A DNA stretch of 64,000 nt from Okamejei kenojei (Eukaryota). Positions 12,653 to 23,570 of this stretch are shown here, one piece after another (within the stretch, counting starts at the first letter, position 1; each line of letters begins with the position of its first letter). The stretch lies in the NCBI GenBank assembly GCA_035221665.1, contig CM069163.1, forward strand, positions 22,692,001 to 22,756,000. The letters run 5' to 3'. Under the pieces are notes generated by a model. That model ran no database searches, was not told where the DNA came from, and worked only from the letters and a program-made list of their open reading frames with translations. A program made the translations under genes and the position numbers.

Positions 12653-12738
12653 CTAAACATCTTTTAAATGTTGGAATTGTAATTAACATGCATTCCATCG
12701 TGTTGTTGTACGATGCAGCAGAGTAGGCCATTGATCCT

Positions 12739-13718
12739 AAGATGGCCACAAATTGCCAGAGTAACTCGGCGGGAGAGGCAGTATCTCTGGAGAGAAGGAA
12801 TGGGTGACGTTTTGGGTTGAGACCCTTCTTGAGACAGGTCTTCTTCGAGACCGTCACGACCTGAAAAGTCACGTATTCTTTATCTCCAGAGATGCTGCCT
12901 GTCATGCTGAGTTACTCCAGCATTTTGTGTCTATCTTCGATTTAAACCAGCATCTGCAGTTCCAGAGCTGCCAAGTAGTACGGATTTTCCGTGTTTTGTA
13001 CGGAAATGCCATCAGTATATGGATTTGCTTTGTAAAATACGGATTTTTTTAAAATCAGCCCGTCTTCCTGTTTCATCTTGCTGCTTAAAAATGCACGGAT
13101 ATAAAAAGTCATACTGTACCTCTAAAAATTATAGCAGATTAAATCTCTTAGTATTTTAAATTTCAAGATCTGGATAATTATTTTTGTAAGCTTTGATCTG
13201 CCTGTCCGGCTCGAGGTTTAAACAGCGATGTCAGTTTAACACGTGGGAATTTAAACGAACAGTGCTATGGGTTCTAAAAATAGCCCTCCCAGCTGGGGCT
13301 TTACACATAGCGCTGTGGCCACAATGCTATGGGTCACAGACTGTTAGGGGAGGGAGGGAATAAGAGGGAGGGAGAAAAAAAAAAGGAAGAAGGTGGGAGG
13401 GGGAGAGGGAGGCTTCCTAAATGGCTTCTACATCTGGTGCTAAAAGCAGGAAGCAGCCATTCAAACATCAGTATACAAAGAGATGGTAATAAATGCATTG
13501 TCAAGTAAGGTGCATAGAGGAATTGTCAATTGGTATCAAAGTTATGCTTTCTTGTACTCTTACATGGGTATAACCACACATTAAAAAAACACTATTTTCA
13601 GCAAAATGGCACTGCGTAAAAATACTGATTTCTTCAGCGAAATACTGATTTTCAGGTACTAGAATACTGAAATTCTCTGACAAAACCTGGCAGCTCTGCA
13701 ATCCCTTCCTGCACAGAT
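12739..13718. mobile_element. Inverted Penelope-like terminal repeat pair interrupted by a nested DNA transposon
   Basis: Inverted gagtaactc..gcagtatctctggagagaaggaatgggtgacgttt..gacccttc arms; TSD-like CATTGATCCT (12729-12738) / CATTGAACCT (13719-13728). Confidence 0.75.
12963..13698. mobile_element. hAT/Tip100-like MITE
   Basis: 11-bp TIRs CAGAGCTGCCA / TGGCAGCTCTG; clustered subterminal AATACGGA/AATACTGA repeats; splits a Penelope-repeat sequence. Confidence 0.8.
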
Positions 13719-14024
13719 CATTGAACCTGTTGCGCCAAAGTAAACTCACTCCCACTCGTCTGTTATTTGTTGTCCTTGGCCATGGATTTTTTTCAATTGA
13801 AGTAAAAAGGTGCTTTTGCAATTTCTTCTACAAACCGTTTGAACATTACATTCCATGATACAAAAGGTTGACTCTATGCCATCTGTTATAAATACATGGT
13901 GCAAAAGAACCCATCCTAAATTCTGTTTGGGTCGGGTATAAAAAGTTATTGATTTTAATTGGGAAGCCATAAGTACAGTGTGTGCTTCCATTCTAATGTT
14001 GCTTTATTTCATTATTATTTGCAG

Positions 14025-14215
14025 AAACAAGGGGAGGAGGAGGTTGCATCTCACCACGAAGCTGCATTTCCAATAGCAGTGGTTGCTTCAGGAATCTGGG
14101 AGTCCCACCCGAAGGTTGGCGATATTTTCTTGGCCCACTTGCACCGAAAGTGTCCCTATGCTGTTCCGTTTTTCCCTTCATGGAAAGATGGGTTACCAAA
14201 GGAAGAATACCAAAG
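14025..14215 (+). CDS. GLE1: GLE1 coding exon (exon 11 equivalent; QxxEE motif and IP6-binding segment)
   Basis: tttgcAG/GTagaa; 191 nt; [51 protein letters not shown]...EEYQR. Confidence 0.96.
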
Positions 14216-14514
14216 GTAGAAGCCCCCAAACAACATTATACCCTCAAAACTGCAAGCATAACTGATCTGATTTCTGCTATCTGCCAGGTGGTTATTCATC
14301 GCCGTTGTTTTAGTGTTTCTAACCCGTTAACTACAATTACAAGCTACTTTAGCTGTCTCACTGTGGCTTTTGTAAATACCTTTCTACGTTGGTCTTTTTC
14401 CATTTTCGAAAAAGATATTGATTTATGTATTGCAATTGATTTGATAAAAGTTGGGTTGCCATGTAAATGTTGTAGAAAACTTTGTTGTTCACTAGTATGT
14501 TGCTGGGATTGGAG

Positions 14515-14856
14515 TGTATTAGCCATATGGGGAGATTGAGCAAATTTGGATTGTTTTCTCTGGGGGGGAACTGAGGGGAGAGCCTAATAGAGTATATAAA
14601 ATTCTGATCGATAATGATAGGGTAGATGGTCTTTATTGCAGAGTGGATATGTCAAATACCACAAGGCATAGGTTTTTGAGGAGGCGAAAGATTAAAGGAA
14701 GGCAAATGTTTCCATAGACAGAGTGGTATGTGCTTGGTAACAAGCGAAGTGGTAGAAGCAGATATGATTGCAACAAGAAAGAAGCATTTAGACAAACATG
14801 AACAGACTGGGAATAGAAGGATGCAAATCTTGTGTTGGCAAATGGGATTAGTTTAG
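14515..14856 (+). mobile_element. Old CR1 LINE 3' fragment (probably resumes ~15185-15245)
   Basis: Degenerate ..tggattgttttctctgg..ctgaggggagagcctaatagagtatataaaatt..; 3' UTR-like ggtgggccaaaaggcc..ctgtgctgt. Confidence 0.65.
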
Positions 14857-15923
14857 CAAAAAACAGACTGCTGGAGGAACTCGGTAAGCTAAGTAAGGTC
14901 TGTAGAGAGAAATGGACAGCTGACAGTTAGGGTTGGGACCCTTCAGACTGGAGGGGGAGGGGAGAGGGGGCAATGGAAGAAGAGGTCAACATCTTGGAAC
15001 TCTGAGGTGTTGGTGCAGGGCTATTGAGGCCAGCATCAGAAAGGGCGAATGCAGGAAGCAATGACGGGGCTGAGGCTGGATCAAGACAATTACAGATGGA
15101 TGGCGGCTTAGAGGAAAGTGTGGTGTGGCATGAAGTGCGGCGGTGCCCCAGCCTGTATACAACTGTAGGAGTTGTGGGCTCAGTTTAGATCGACATCATG
15201 ACTGGTGCAGACATGGTGGGCCAAAAGGCCTAACCCTGTGCTGTGGCTGTTTCAAAAGTACCGTGATACAAATTGAAGTAGCTTTGGTAAATTTATAAAA
15301 CTCTATGCCTATGAACAGACACTGCTCCAATGGCATCTTGAAGTTTAACAACTATAGCTCTGTTGTTGGACTATAATGGGTCATTAGTCAGAGTAGAGGA
15401 GGGAGATCAATATTCTGGTTTAATGTGACCGAACAAAACTCTTGCTGTCAATGTTAGCAAGGAACTAATTTTTGGCTGAAGAATGGAGGAGATTGCAGAA
15501 AGTGATAGGGTTGCCTGGACCATCGTCATCATTGGAACTGTGATCATATTTTCATGGTTTAGCTTGATACAAATTCCATATTTTACTATTTTAGTACTTC
15601 TGGCAAACCATTCTTTTCATAGCTCATATGAGATGGTATTTCTATTAGTACGAAATCAAATGTACTAGAAATCGGAAATAATTATAATATGCAGGGAATA
15701 CTTAATGGGTCACACAGTATCTGTGGAGAGAGAAACAGTTAATGTTGAAGATAAACAACCCTTTGTTTCTATTAAAACTCCTTTCTTTGTAAGTTTGTGT
15801 TTAAGTAATGATTCATTTCATGATTCTTTCTAGGGGTGATGATGAAGTGAAACAGTAGAACTGCAAATTGCTCTTCCCTCTGGAAGTATAATTAAAGTTT
15901 TATCCTTTAATCCCTGCTGGTAG

Positions 15924-16053
15924 GTTATTGGGGTACAGAGTGCAGGAAAATTGTGTTGAACAGCAGGACAACTTTCTGAAACGGATGTCTGGAATGGTTC
16001 GTCTGTATGCAGCCATCATAGTGTCAAGATGGCCCTATGGAACAAAGCAAGGG
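15924..16053 (+). CDS. GLE1: GLE1 coding exon (exon 12 equivalent)
   Basis: ggtAG/GTaagt; 130 nt; [43 protein letters not shown]. Confidence 0.96.
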
Positions 16054-17072
16054 GTAAGTAGAATAACCAAATGCTATAGCATTAGATGTGCAATTAATGG
16101 TGATTTGTTCAAATGCTGACTGGTCCAATTCGGAATCAAACCCTAATGAATATGGGGCCACATTGCTTTGGACTTGGCTTGCACCTTCCCGCACTAAACT
16201 TTTTCAACTGTGCTGCCCCAATTGCATTTCTGGCATTGCCGTGGGGCCTGTTTCAAGCAGGCTTTTCCTGCTGCTGAATGTATGATTATCAAAGATGTGT
16301 AGAAACATTGAGGATGAAAAAGTAAATAATTACAATTTAAACCATCTTTAAATGGGACTGTCAAACTTAATTAAAACCAATAAATGAATCCATGTTAGAT
16401 GTGCCAGAAATGGGTAGTGATAAACTGATGAAGCTGCAGCTAGCTACTTGGCTCAGTAAATCATGCAACACCCCTTACCTTGGTGGCAAGTTCGGGCGTG
16501 GAGCGTGAAATCAGATATTACCGCACCCGAGTTTCATACCTGTCCACAGGTGTTGAAATCTGGAGCATGGGATTATTTTCTTTGTAAAATTAATTTATCT
16601 TAAATGTGTTAAGACTGTGTTCCTACATTTCTCTCAAAGTACAATTATTTACGCAAGCTGTGTATTTATTTCAATGACTACCCCTTCCCTCAAATTCAAT
16701 TTTTGAATTAACTAATAAATTTTTAAAGAGGAGTTCCACAGGTACTACCCAAGTAAAATCTGAACTGCATTATAATGTAGAATTTATAGCAAGGAAAGGG
16801 TAGCGCGTTTGCCGACCTTATGCCTCCTCCCACCTCTTCTATCCCTAACAGTGTATTTTTCATTTCCTCTCGCTTGTGTAACAGTCCAGCTCTGTCTTAA
16901 ATGCATTTATGTTGTATATTATCAAAAGGAAAAGCTATGATATCTACTATACCGCACTGCTAATATAACAGCCCTATTACATTTCCTTTCTAAGAAACAT
17001 AGTTGCGTTATTTTATTGAGACTTGCTAATGATTGAAATTGACATGTAATTACTGTATGATTCTATGCCTAG

Positions 17073-17177
17073 GAACATCCACATGACCTGAATCATGCTT
17101 GGCGCTGGTTAGCTCAGATGTTAAACATGGAACCATTGGCTGACGTAACTGCTACACTACTCTTTGACTTCTTGGAG
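17073..17177 (+). CDS. GLE1: GLE1 coding exon (exon 13 equivalent)
   Basis: cctAG/GTatgg; 105 nt; [35 protein letters not shown]. Confidence 0.96.
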
Positions 17178-17849
17178 GTATGGCACTACTTGCATCATAC
17201 TATTTTTCTAATGTAAGTAACAGACAGTAATTAGACCTTGGACTCCACTTAAAACTGCTTCAACATTTCAGACACCCTTATTATTGGTAGGCTGTGGAAT
17301 AATGAAATGGTTGGGAGAATTTATTTGGATAAATGGACTTTGTTTTCAATGATTGCCATATCATATCTGCAAAGGTTAACCTCAACTAGCCTTGTGACAA
17401 CTTTTAGCACCACATTGAAATAAGTAAGCCAAAGCCAAGAGATAGTGCAGAGGTAATGCAGTAGAATCGTACTATAAATTAGGACATTTGTTTTTTGTAG
17501 ATCAGTGTCACTCATGAGTCATACTTTGTAGTTACACCCTCTAGCTTTACAGTAACCTCCCTGCCTGGTTCCCACATTATTAGAGAAACGTGTTAGCATG
17601 AAGTTACCGATGCTGTAACATTAATAAAGTCTTTGGACATTTATCACGGTGTAAGGCTTCAGTTATCTGGACAGTGACATAGCAACAGTTATGTTGATGT
17701 TAGAAAATTTGTATCATTCTCCTTGCAGTCGGAAAGATTGAGATTTTGCACAAGCGTTCAAAAATATTTGATGGATTGACTAAAGAAATTATTTCTACTT
17801 GACATTGTGGGTGAATAAGCAGAGAAACAGCTATAACAATTTTAAAACT

Positions 17850-18490
17850 GATGAAAGGTTAACCCTGTTTCTGTCTCCTCAGATGCAGCCTGATCTGCTG
17901 AGTATTTCCACCTTTGTGTGTTCATTCCAAATTTCCAGCATCAATAGTATTTTTATTTGGTTTTATAATTTAATCCACTGCTACTTTTCCAGTATTCTTT
18001 GTCTCTATTAGAGAGAACAAATGCAAATTGGATCACTTCAAACATGAAGCACGACCTCAAGCTTCCAGTTGCCTGGTGCTTTAATTGTCAATCTCACTCC
18101 TCTCTGTCCTTGCCTTCCGACATTGTGCCAATAAAGCTCAATACAAGGTCAAGAAACAACATATCATCTTCTGACTGGCACAGTGCACCCTTAAACATTC
18201 AACATTGAATCAACAAGTTATATTATCAGTACCTTTATCCAGCTTTCTTTACATAATCATTTGGTGATATCAGAAGTTTTGTATTTTCACCTACTCTTGA
18301 GAATATCACTGTTTATGTCACTCTGTCTCTCCTGCCTTACACCCTACCACAATTGTTTCCTTTCATTCTATCCTCATGTCTTTGTGTCCAATAAAAAGTC
18401 TTTGACGTTCTTCCCAGATCTGGCGGTAGCTCCTTGATCTTAATCGTAAACTCAGTTTCTCTCTGCACAGATTGGAGAATGTTGCAGAAT
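17850..18490 (+). mobile_element. Old Penelope-like element relic (terminal repeats flanking a GIY-YIG endonuclease C-terminus)
   Basis: ~18060-18210 reads LPVAWCFN..H / LSVLAFRHCANKAQYKVKKQHIIF*LA (frameshifted), resembling the PLE endonuclease tail LPVAxHFN..LSVLGLxHC..KLEEQHLIFxLG; flanked by cagatgcagcctgatctgctgagtatttcca-type repeats. Confidence 0.65.
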
Positions 18491-18681
18491 TACTATTCGT
18501 ATTTGTTTGTAGAAGGAGATGCAATAGTCATTTTCAAGAAGAATGGAGGAATTTACTGGGGAGGGGGATTCATTGGATGGGTTTTTCAAAGAGGAGGCTT
18601 GGGTGGAAGACATTAAGTTATAGCCTGCATTGGAGTATGACAATGTAGATGTATTATTCCCCATACTTGTTTCCCCAACAG

Positions 18682-18764
18682 GTCTGTGGCCATGCTTTGA
18701 TGTTAAAGTACCAGAATCAGTTCTGGAAAATGATCCGACTAATCATGAATGAATATTTCCCCAG
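18682..18764 (+). CDS. GLE1: GLE1 coding exon (exon 14 equivalent)
   Basis: caacAG/GTagga; 83 nt; [28 protein letters not shown]. Confidence 0.95.
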
Positions 18765-19905
18765 GTAGGAAACTAATGATGGTTGCGGATATTTATCCCC
18801 TCATGGAATACACAAAGATAATGCAAGAATATTGGGATGTTATGTTACTGTTATTAAGTTTGATGTTATTTTGCAAACAAAAATAACGTATTACTTTAAT
18901 TTTCATGATTTAAAGGTACCCCAAAATGTGTTTCTGCAGTTTTAAAACAGTTTTGTCTTGTAATAAAGAAAGAGTAACTATAATTTAATAATATTAGTTG
19001 ACAACAGCTTCAGAAAAAGGTGCAGGAATGGGTAATTTGTCCCCTTGTGCCTACTTTGTCTGAGGTTGAGACTTTCCATTGACCTGAGGTTATTTATTGA
19101 GTCTGACCATATTCATCCCTGAACTAAAATCACTAAAATTAGGTAAAGCTTTTACAATAATAATTTTTATTTTTTTATTTTTTTTAATTTATTAGAAGCA
19201 AATGTACAAAATTAAAACCAACGGTATATAAACCAATAGTTATTGTACAGCTTCAATTTTAACTTTTAGCTATAGTCGGAAGAAAAGAAAGGAGAAAAAG
19301 CAAAGAGAAAAAGTAAAATGTGCAAAGATAGAGCCCCTAGACTACCAAAGTGGTGTAACCAAAGAGTGAATAGATGAAAGAAAGAAGAGAGGAATAGAAA
19401 AAACAAGAAAAATAAAAGGACAAAAAGGGAAAGAAGGAAATAAGTGGTGATATACCTGCCTCACATCCCTCCCCGCCCACCTCACCCAAGACATATTTAG
19501 ATTTAAATCCAATGTTGTGTTGTACCATACTATCCTTGTAATAAATCGATGAATGGTGTCCATGTCTTCGAAAATTGATCTGGTTTTTCTGCCATGACAA
19601 GTCTAATATTTTCAAGATGCAGCGTCTCGGATATGTTTATAATCCACATCTTAAGAGTAGGGACAGATGTATTTTTCCAAAATTTGAGTATTAATTTTCG
19701 AGAATTTATGAGAATTATTACAATAATACTTGTTTGTAGGTTATTGTCATGTGTAAATTAATTGCTACATTTTTAGTAAAATGAAGATTTTGATAATCTC
19801 ACTACACATCGGGAAGCACTTTGTGATTAATTGATATTACAAACAATCTATGAATATGTGTGTATTAAAAAATATAAATAAATTACTTCTGATATTTTTC
19901 TTCAG

Positions 19906-19969
19906 GATTGAAGCTGTTACAGGCAGTGGTCAAGTTGGGGCCCTAATCAGATTGCGCCAATTCCTCGAA
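19906..19969 (+). CDS. GLE1: GLE1 coding exon (exon 15 equivalent)
   Basis: ttcAG/GTaagt; 64 nt; IEAVTGSGQVGALIRLRQFLE. Confidence 0.95.
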
Positions 19970-20389
19970 GTAAGTGCTCCTCTTTGTATGATATATTTTC
20001 TCAATTCAAGCTCTGCTATGATTTTTGGACATTTTCCAATTGATACGTATAGAGTAAAATAAAATCCTCTCCCCATACAGTAATCATTAAATACACATGT
20101 CAGCAAAAAGGACCTAGAGATAGCAACATTTATATTTAATTTAATGCAATAATCTGTCCCTAAGTGCTTTGCCGGAACATTATCAACTGAAATTTAAGGT
20201 CAAGAGATTTAGTAGGGGATAATTTCAAAATTTGAAGGCATGGCAAGTAAATACACAGAAGAGGAATAGAGGGATTAACGTATTGGCGAAAGGAACCTTT
20301 GACCTTTGATATGTGCACTCAATTTCAAGCCATGTTTCTGTATTACAAGTACAGATTGAAAGTACCAGAAAGCTTTGATTTATTTAGCA

Positions 20390-20523
20390 CCTTCTTTCGT
20401 GTGGCGTGCACAGCCTAAAGTTGTAGGACAACTTGTTCTATTTGATCTTCTGTTTGTGCACGTCGAGTTGATTGCATTAGTCGAAACAGGGCGGACCACG
20501 TGAAGGTTGCAATCTTCCACCCC
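20390..20523 (-). mobile_element. 134-nt short retroposon with a 5' HDV-like ribozyme and GAA-rich tail
   Basis: Perfect 8-bp TSD ATTTAGCA (20382-20389 / 20524-20531); CpG-rich against an AT-rich intron; 3' end ...CACACGAAAGAAGG. Confidence 0.85.
20470..20523 (-). ncRNA. Minimal HDV-like (delta/CPEB3-type) self-cleaving ribozyme, 54 nt
   Basis: GGGGUGG-AA-GAUUGCA-ACC-UUCACGU-GGU-CCGCCCU-GU-UUCGA-C-UAA-UGCAAUC: P1 7 bp with G1-U wobble, P2 7 bp, P3 3 bp, L3 UUCACGU, 1-bp P1.1, catalytic C in ACUAA. Confidence 0.85.
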
Positions 20524-21119
20524 ATTTAGCATTAATATTGATTGAAGACCATTTCTGTTACAGCTATCCACTGGACACTAGGTTAATTACCTCAGTAAAT
20601 TGCCCTAGTGTGTAAGAAATGGTTGAGAAAGTGGGATAGCATAGAACCAGCGTGATCAATGGTTAGTGTGAACTTGATAGGTCGAAGAGACTGTTTTCAT
20701 GTTATATCTTTCAATCAATCATTAAAAAAACTTGTGTATTCTACACATTGCAGGAGAATTCCACATGTTAAATAACATTGTTTTCAAATTGTACATTTCA
20801 GAATTCAAAGTGCCTTTAGTTGTTTCATTAGCGTAATTTAAAATAATATTTGTGGTAAAACTGATTCAAGAAATTTGGCCATCTTTCAGCGCCTAGTTAT
20901 TTAAATGTTATGATCAGCTGTCCAGTCCAAAATATCTTGAAACTTTAAAATAGTTTGAAAAATATAAACAAGATTCTAACAATAAAATTGGAATGGGCTT
21001 CAATACAACATATCTGATCTTTTAGACCTGATTTGCCTGAGAAATATGTTTCCTACAAGTGCTGCTCAACCTACAGTCTTTCACCAGCAGACTGTTAAGA
21101 AATGCCTTCCTTGAAATTA

Positions 21120-22100
21120 GTAGATTTATCGATAGCAAGGAAGATTGTATAAAGCTAAAACAGGATACAGATTCAATGGAAGGTTGGGCGGAGCATTGAT
21201 AACTGGAATTTAATCCTGATAAGTGTATGGTGATGCCTTGTGTGACACTAAGGAATTTTGATGAACAGAGGGATCTTGGCTTTCAAGTTCATAGTTTCCT
21301 AAAAATGGCACACAAGTAGATAGAATGATGAAGAAGGCTCCTAGCATGTCTGCCATCATAGGTCAGGGCATAAAAATTGGGATGTTATGGGGCATCTGTA
21401 AAAACACTGGTTCGTGTATTTGGAGTTGGACACAAAATGCTGGAGTAACTCAGCGGGACAGGCGGCATCTCTGGAGAGAAGGAATGACGATCAGTCTGAA
21501 GAAAGCTCTTGACCTGAAATGTCAACCATTCCTTCTCTCCATAGATGCTGCCTGTCCCGCTGAGTTACTCCAGCATTTTGAGTGTGTCTTTGATTTAAAC
21601 CAGCATCTTCAGTTCATTCCTACACAGTGTATTGGAGTATTGTGTGCCCTTCTAGTTTTCAGACCATAGGAGGATATGTTTGCACTGAAGTTAATGCAGA
21701 GGGGGGTAACTAGGGTGTTGCCCTGATTGGAGGACTTTAGGTATGGGGAGAAATTGGCCAGGCTGGGTTAGTTTCTCTCGGTGATCTTGGAGGTATTTGA
21801 AAATATAAGGGGCCAAGAGTAGGTAGATCGTCTGAATCTTTTTCTCGCATAGTATGGTAATAAGTTTAAGGAGATAGGAAGGATTTTTAACCAAATGGCT
21901 ATTTTGTAAAATTGGTGCCAGAAAAATTATGGAATCGGATACGATGACGAGACATTTAGATAGGCACTTGCACAGAAATAAGTAAGGCATAGAAGAATAT
22001 GGAGCGAGTATGGGTAAATTGAATTTGTGTGAACAGGCAAAATGGTTGGCATGGAGTGGTGTGCCAAAAGGCTTGCTTCTGTGCTGGACAATGCTATGAC
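21120..22100 (+). mobile_element. Degenerate CR1 LINE with a nested inverted Penelope repeat (21428-21626)
   Basis: Relics of W..EFNPDKC, RDLG.QVH, LEYCV and a CR1 3' UTR; interrupted at a duplicated gtgtatt(t)ggagt. Confidence 0.75.
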
Positions 22101-22138
22101 TGTAAATTTTTGATTTCTCCTGTCTGTCTGCATTACAG

Positions 22139-22207
22139 AAATGCTTGAAACAAAAAGATTTTCCTTTACCGAAGGGCTACCTAAAACCTGCTTTCTGGAA
22201 GTCATGA
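22139..22207 (+). CDS. GLE1: GLE1 last coding exon (GLE1B-type NUP42-binding C-terminus) with stop codon
   Basis: ttacAG acceptor; 69 nt; KCLKQKDFPLPKGYLKPAFWKS-TGA (22205-22207). Confidence 0.95.
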   Translation, partial: KCLKQKDFPLPKGYLKPAFWKS

Positions 22208-22292
22208 ACAATTCATAGGCCAGCATCAACAAGCCAAGGACATTTTATTTGCTCTCGACTAAATCATTTTTTAAATTTTACTGTTTATTGAT

Positions 22293-22298
22293 ATTAAA
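22293..22298 (+). promoter_or_regulatory. Candidate GLE1 polyadenylation signal (ATTAAA); alternative AATAAA at 23074-23079
   Basis: ATTAAA ~86 nt after the stop, followed by T/GT-rich sequence; which signal is used cannot be seen from DNA. Confidence 0.35.
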
Positions 22299-23491
22299 AA
22301 TAATTAACTTAAGTGGGATTGTCGGATTAATTGAATATTTATACTTAATTTGTCAGTTTTTAAAGCTTTGTGTTGCTCTTGATGTTCAAAATTTTGTAGT
22401 CCTCTAAACTATAGTAATTGACAAGAGGGCAAATGGTGTTTGAGAAGCTGTGTATTTTAATTGATTGTTTTGTGATTTGGGGTTTATTATGTAACATGAA
22501 ACGATCATGTGACTATTATAGTATGACGTAATCAGCATTCACTGTCGTAACAGGTTGCATCAAGTATTTACGGATCGGTACAGTGGATGTTTCTTGAGAG
22601 TATTAATAAGTTGTGGGAAGCCTTTATAATATGCTGTATACTGACTTTGTAAAAAATATTTGTGGTATCTTATGCATTGGACACGCAATCTAATGATTGA
22701 TGTGAATGGTGAAGTAACTTGCCTAGGATTTGGTGAATTATTTCCTTTTGAAGGCATTTTGAATGTTCTTTTTAAATATTGTTTTGCTAACTACTTGGTT
22801 AACTGTGTACCTTGAATAGTTGAGTAGCCTGCTATACTTCAAACTTACTATCTTCCACCAACCACATTCTCCCCTTGAAGTAAAATTGATTATATTGAGC
22901 AACGACTACTATAATCTGTCACAATGAGATGTACTCTGGTAATCTGCCTGATGGGAAACCAGTTAGATGTGGGGTTAGGAAATTTTCTGCTTATCCCATT
23001 ACTATATTTTCTACACTTTATAAGATGTATTTTGCCACTTCCCTGGGAATAGTTTGGGACAATCATGCATATAAATAAATGAAGTATTTAAGGCATTTCT
23101 AGAAAATTATAAAGACCATTGCATCTATCTGCTTTGTGACTTCGTGGTCCATGTAAGCTGCCCCCTGTTGTGTTTTCATTTTTTCTCTTATTAACTGATA
23201 ATTCTATTTATTTCATCATTATGCTCACTGAGTAGAACAGCTTTGTGCAGAAATTTCTATTTGCATAGAATTTCCAACACCTCGGATGGCTTTTTGGCCC
23301 ATCTAGTCCAAATCTGCATGAGTGGATATAATAGGCTCTTCCTACCCTGCCCCATCAGCAAAATGTTCTTTCTTCATTGAATTTATTGGTGGCTCTCTTG
23401 TATTTATGAACCCCAGTTTTGGATATCTTCCCTACAAATGAAGTTGTTTCTTTCTCCTTTAAATAGCCATTTATAATTTTAAAGATCTCTA

Positions 23492-23570
23492 GGGTAGACA
23501 CAAAATGCTGGAGTAACTCAGTGGGACAGGCAGCATCTCTGGAGGGAAGAATTGAGACCCTTCTTCAGAC
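23492..23570 (-). mobile_element. Short Penelope-derived insertion (hammerhead partly deleted)
   Basis: gacacaaaatgctggagtaactcag..gagacccttcttcagac; perfect 14-bp TSD TTTAAAGATCTCTA (23478-23491 / 23571-23584). Confidence 0.85.

Noticed and set aside
15834-15900. C/D-box snoRNA (TGATGA) in a GLE1 intron
   Set aside because: No suitably placed D box (CTGA) or terminal stem.
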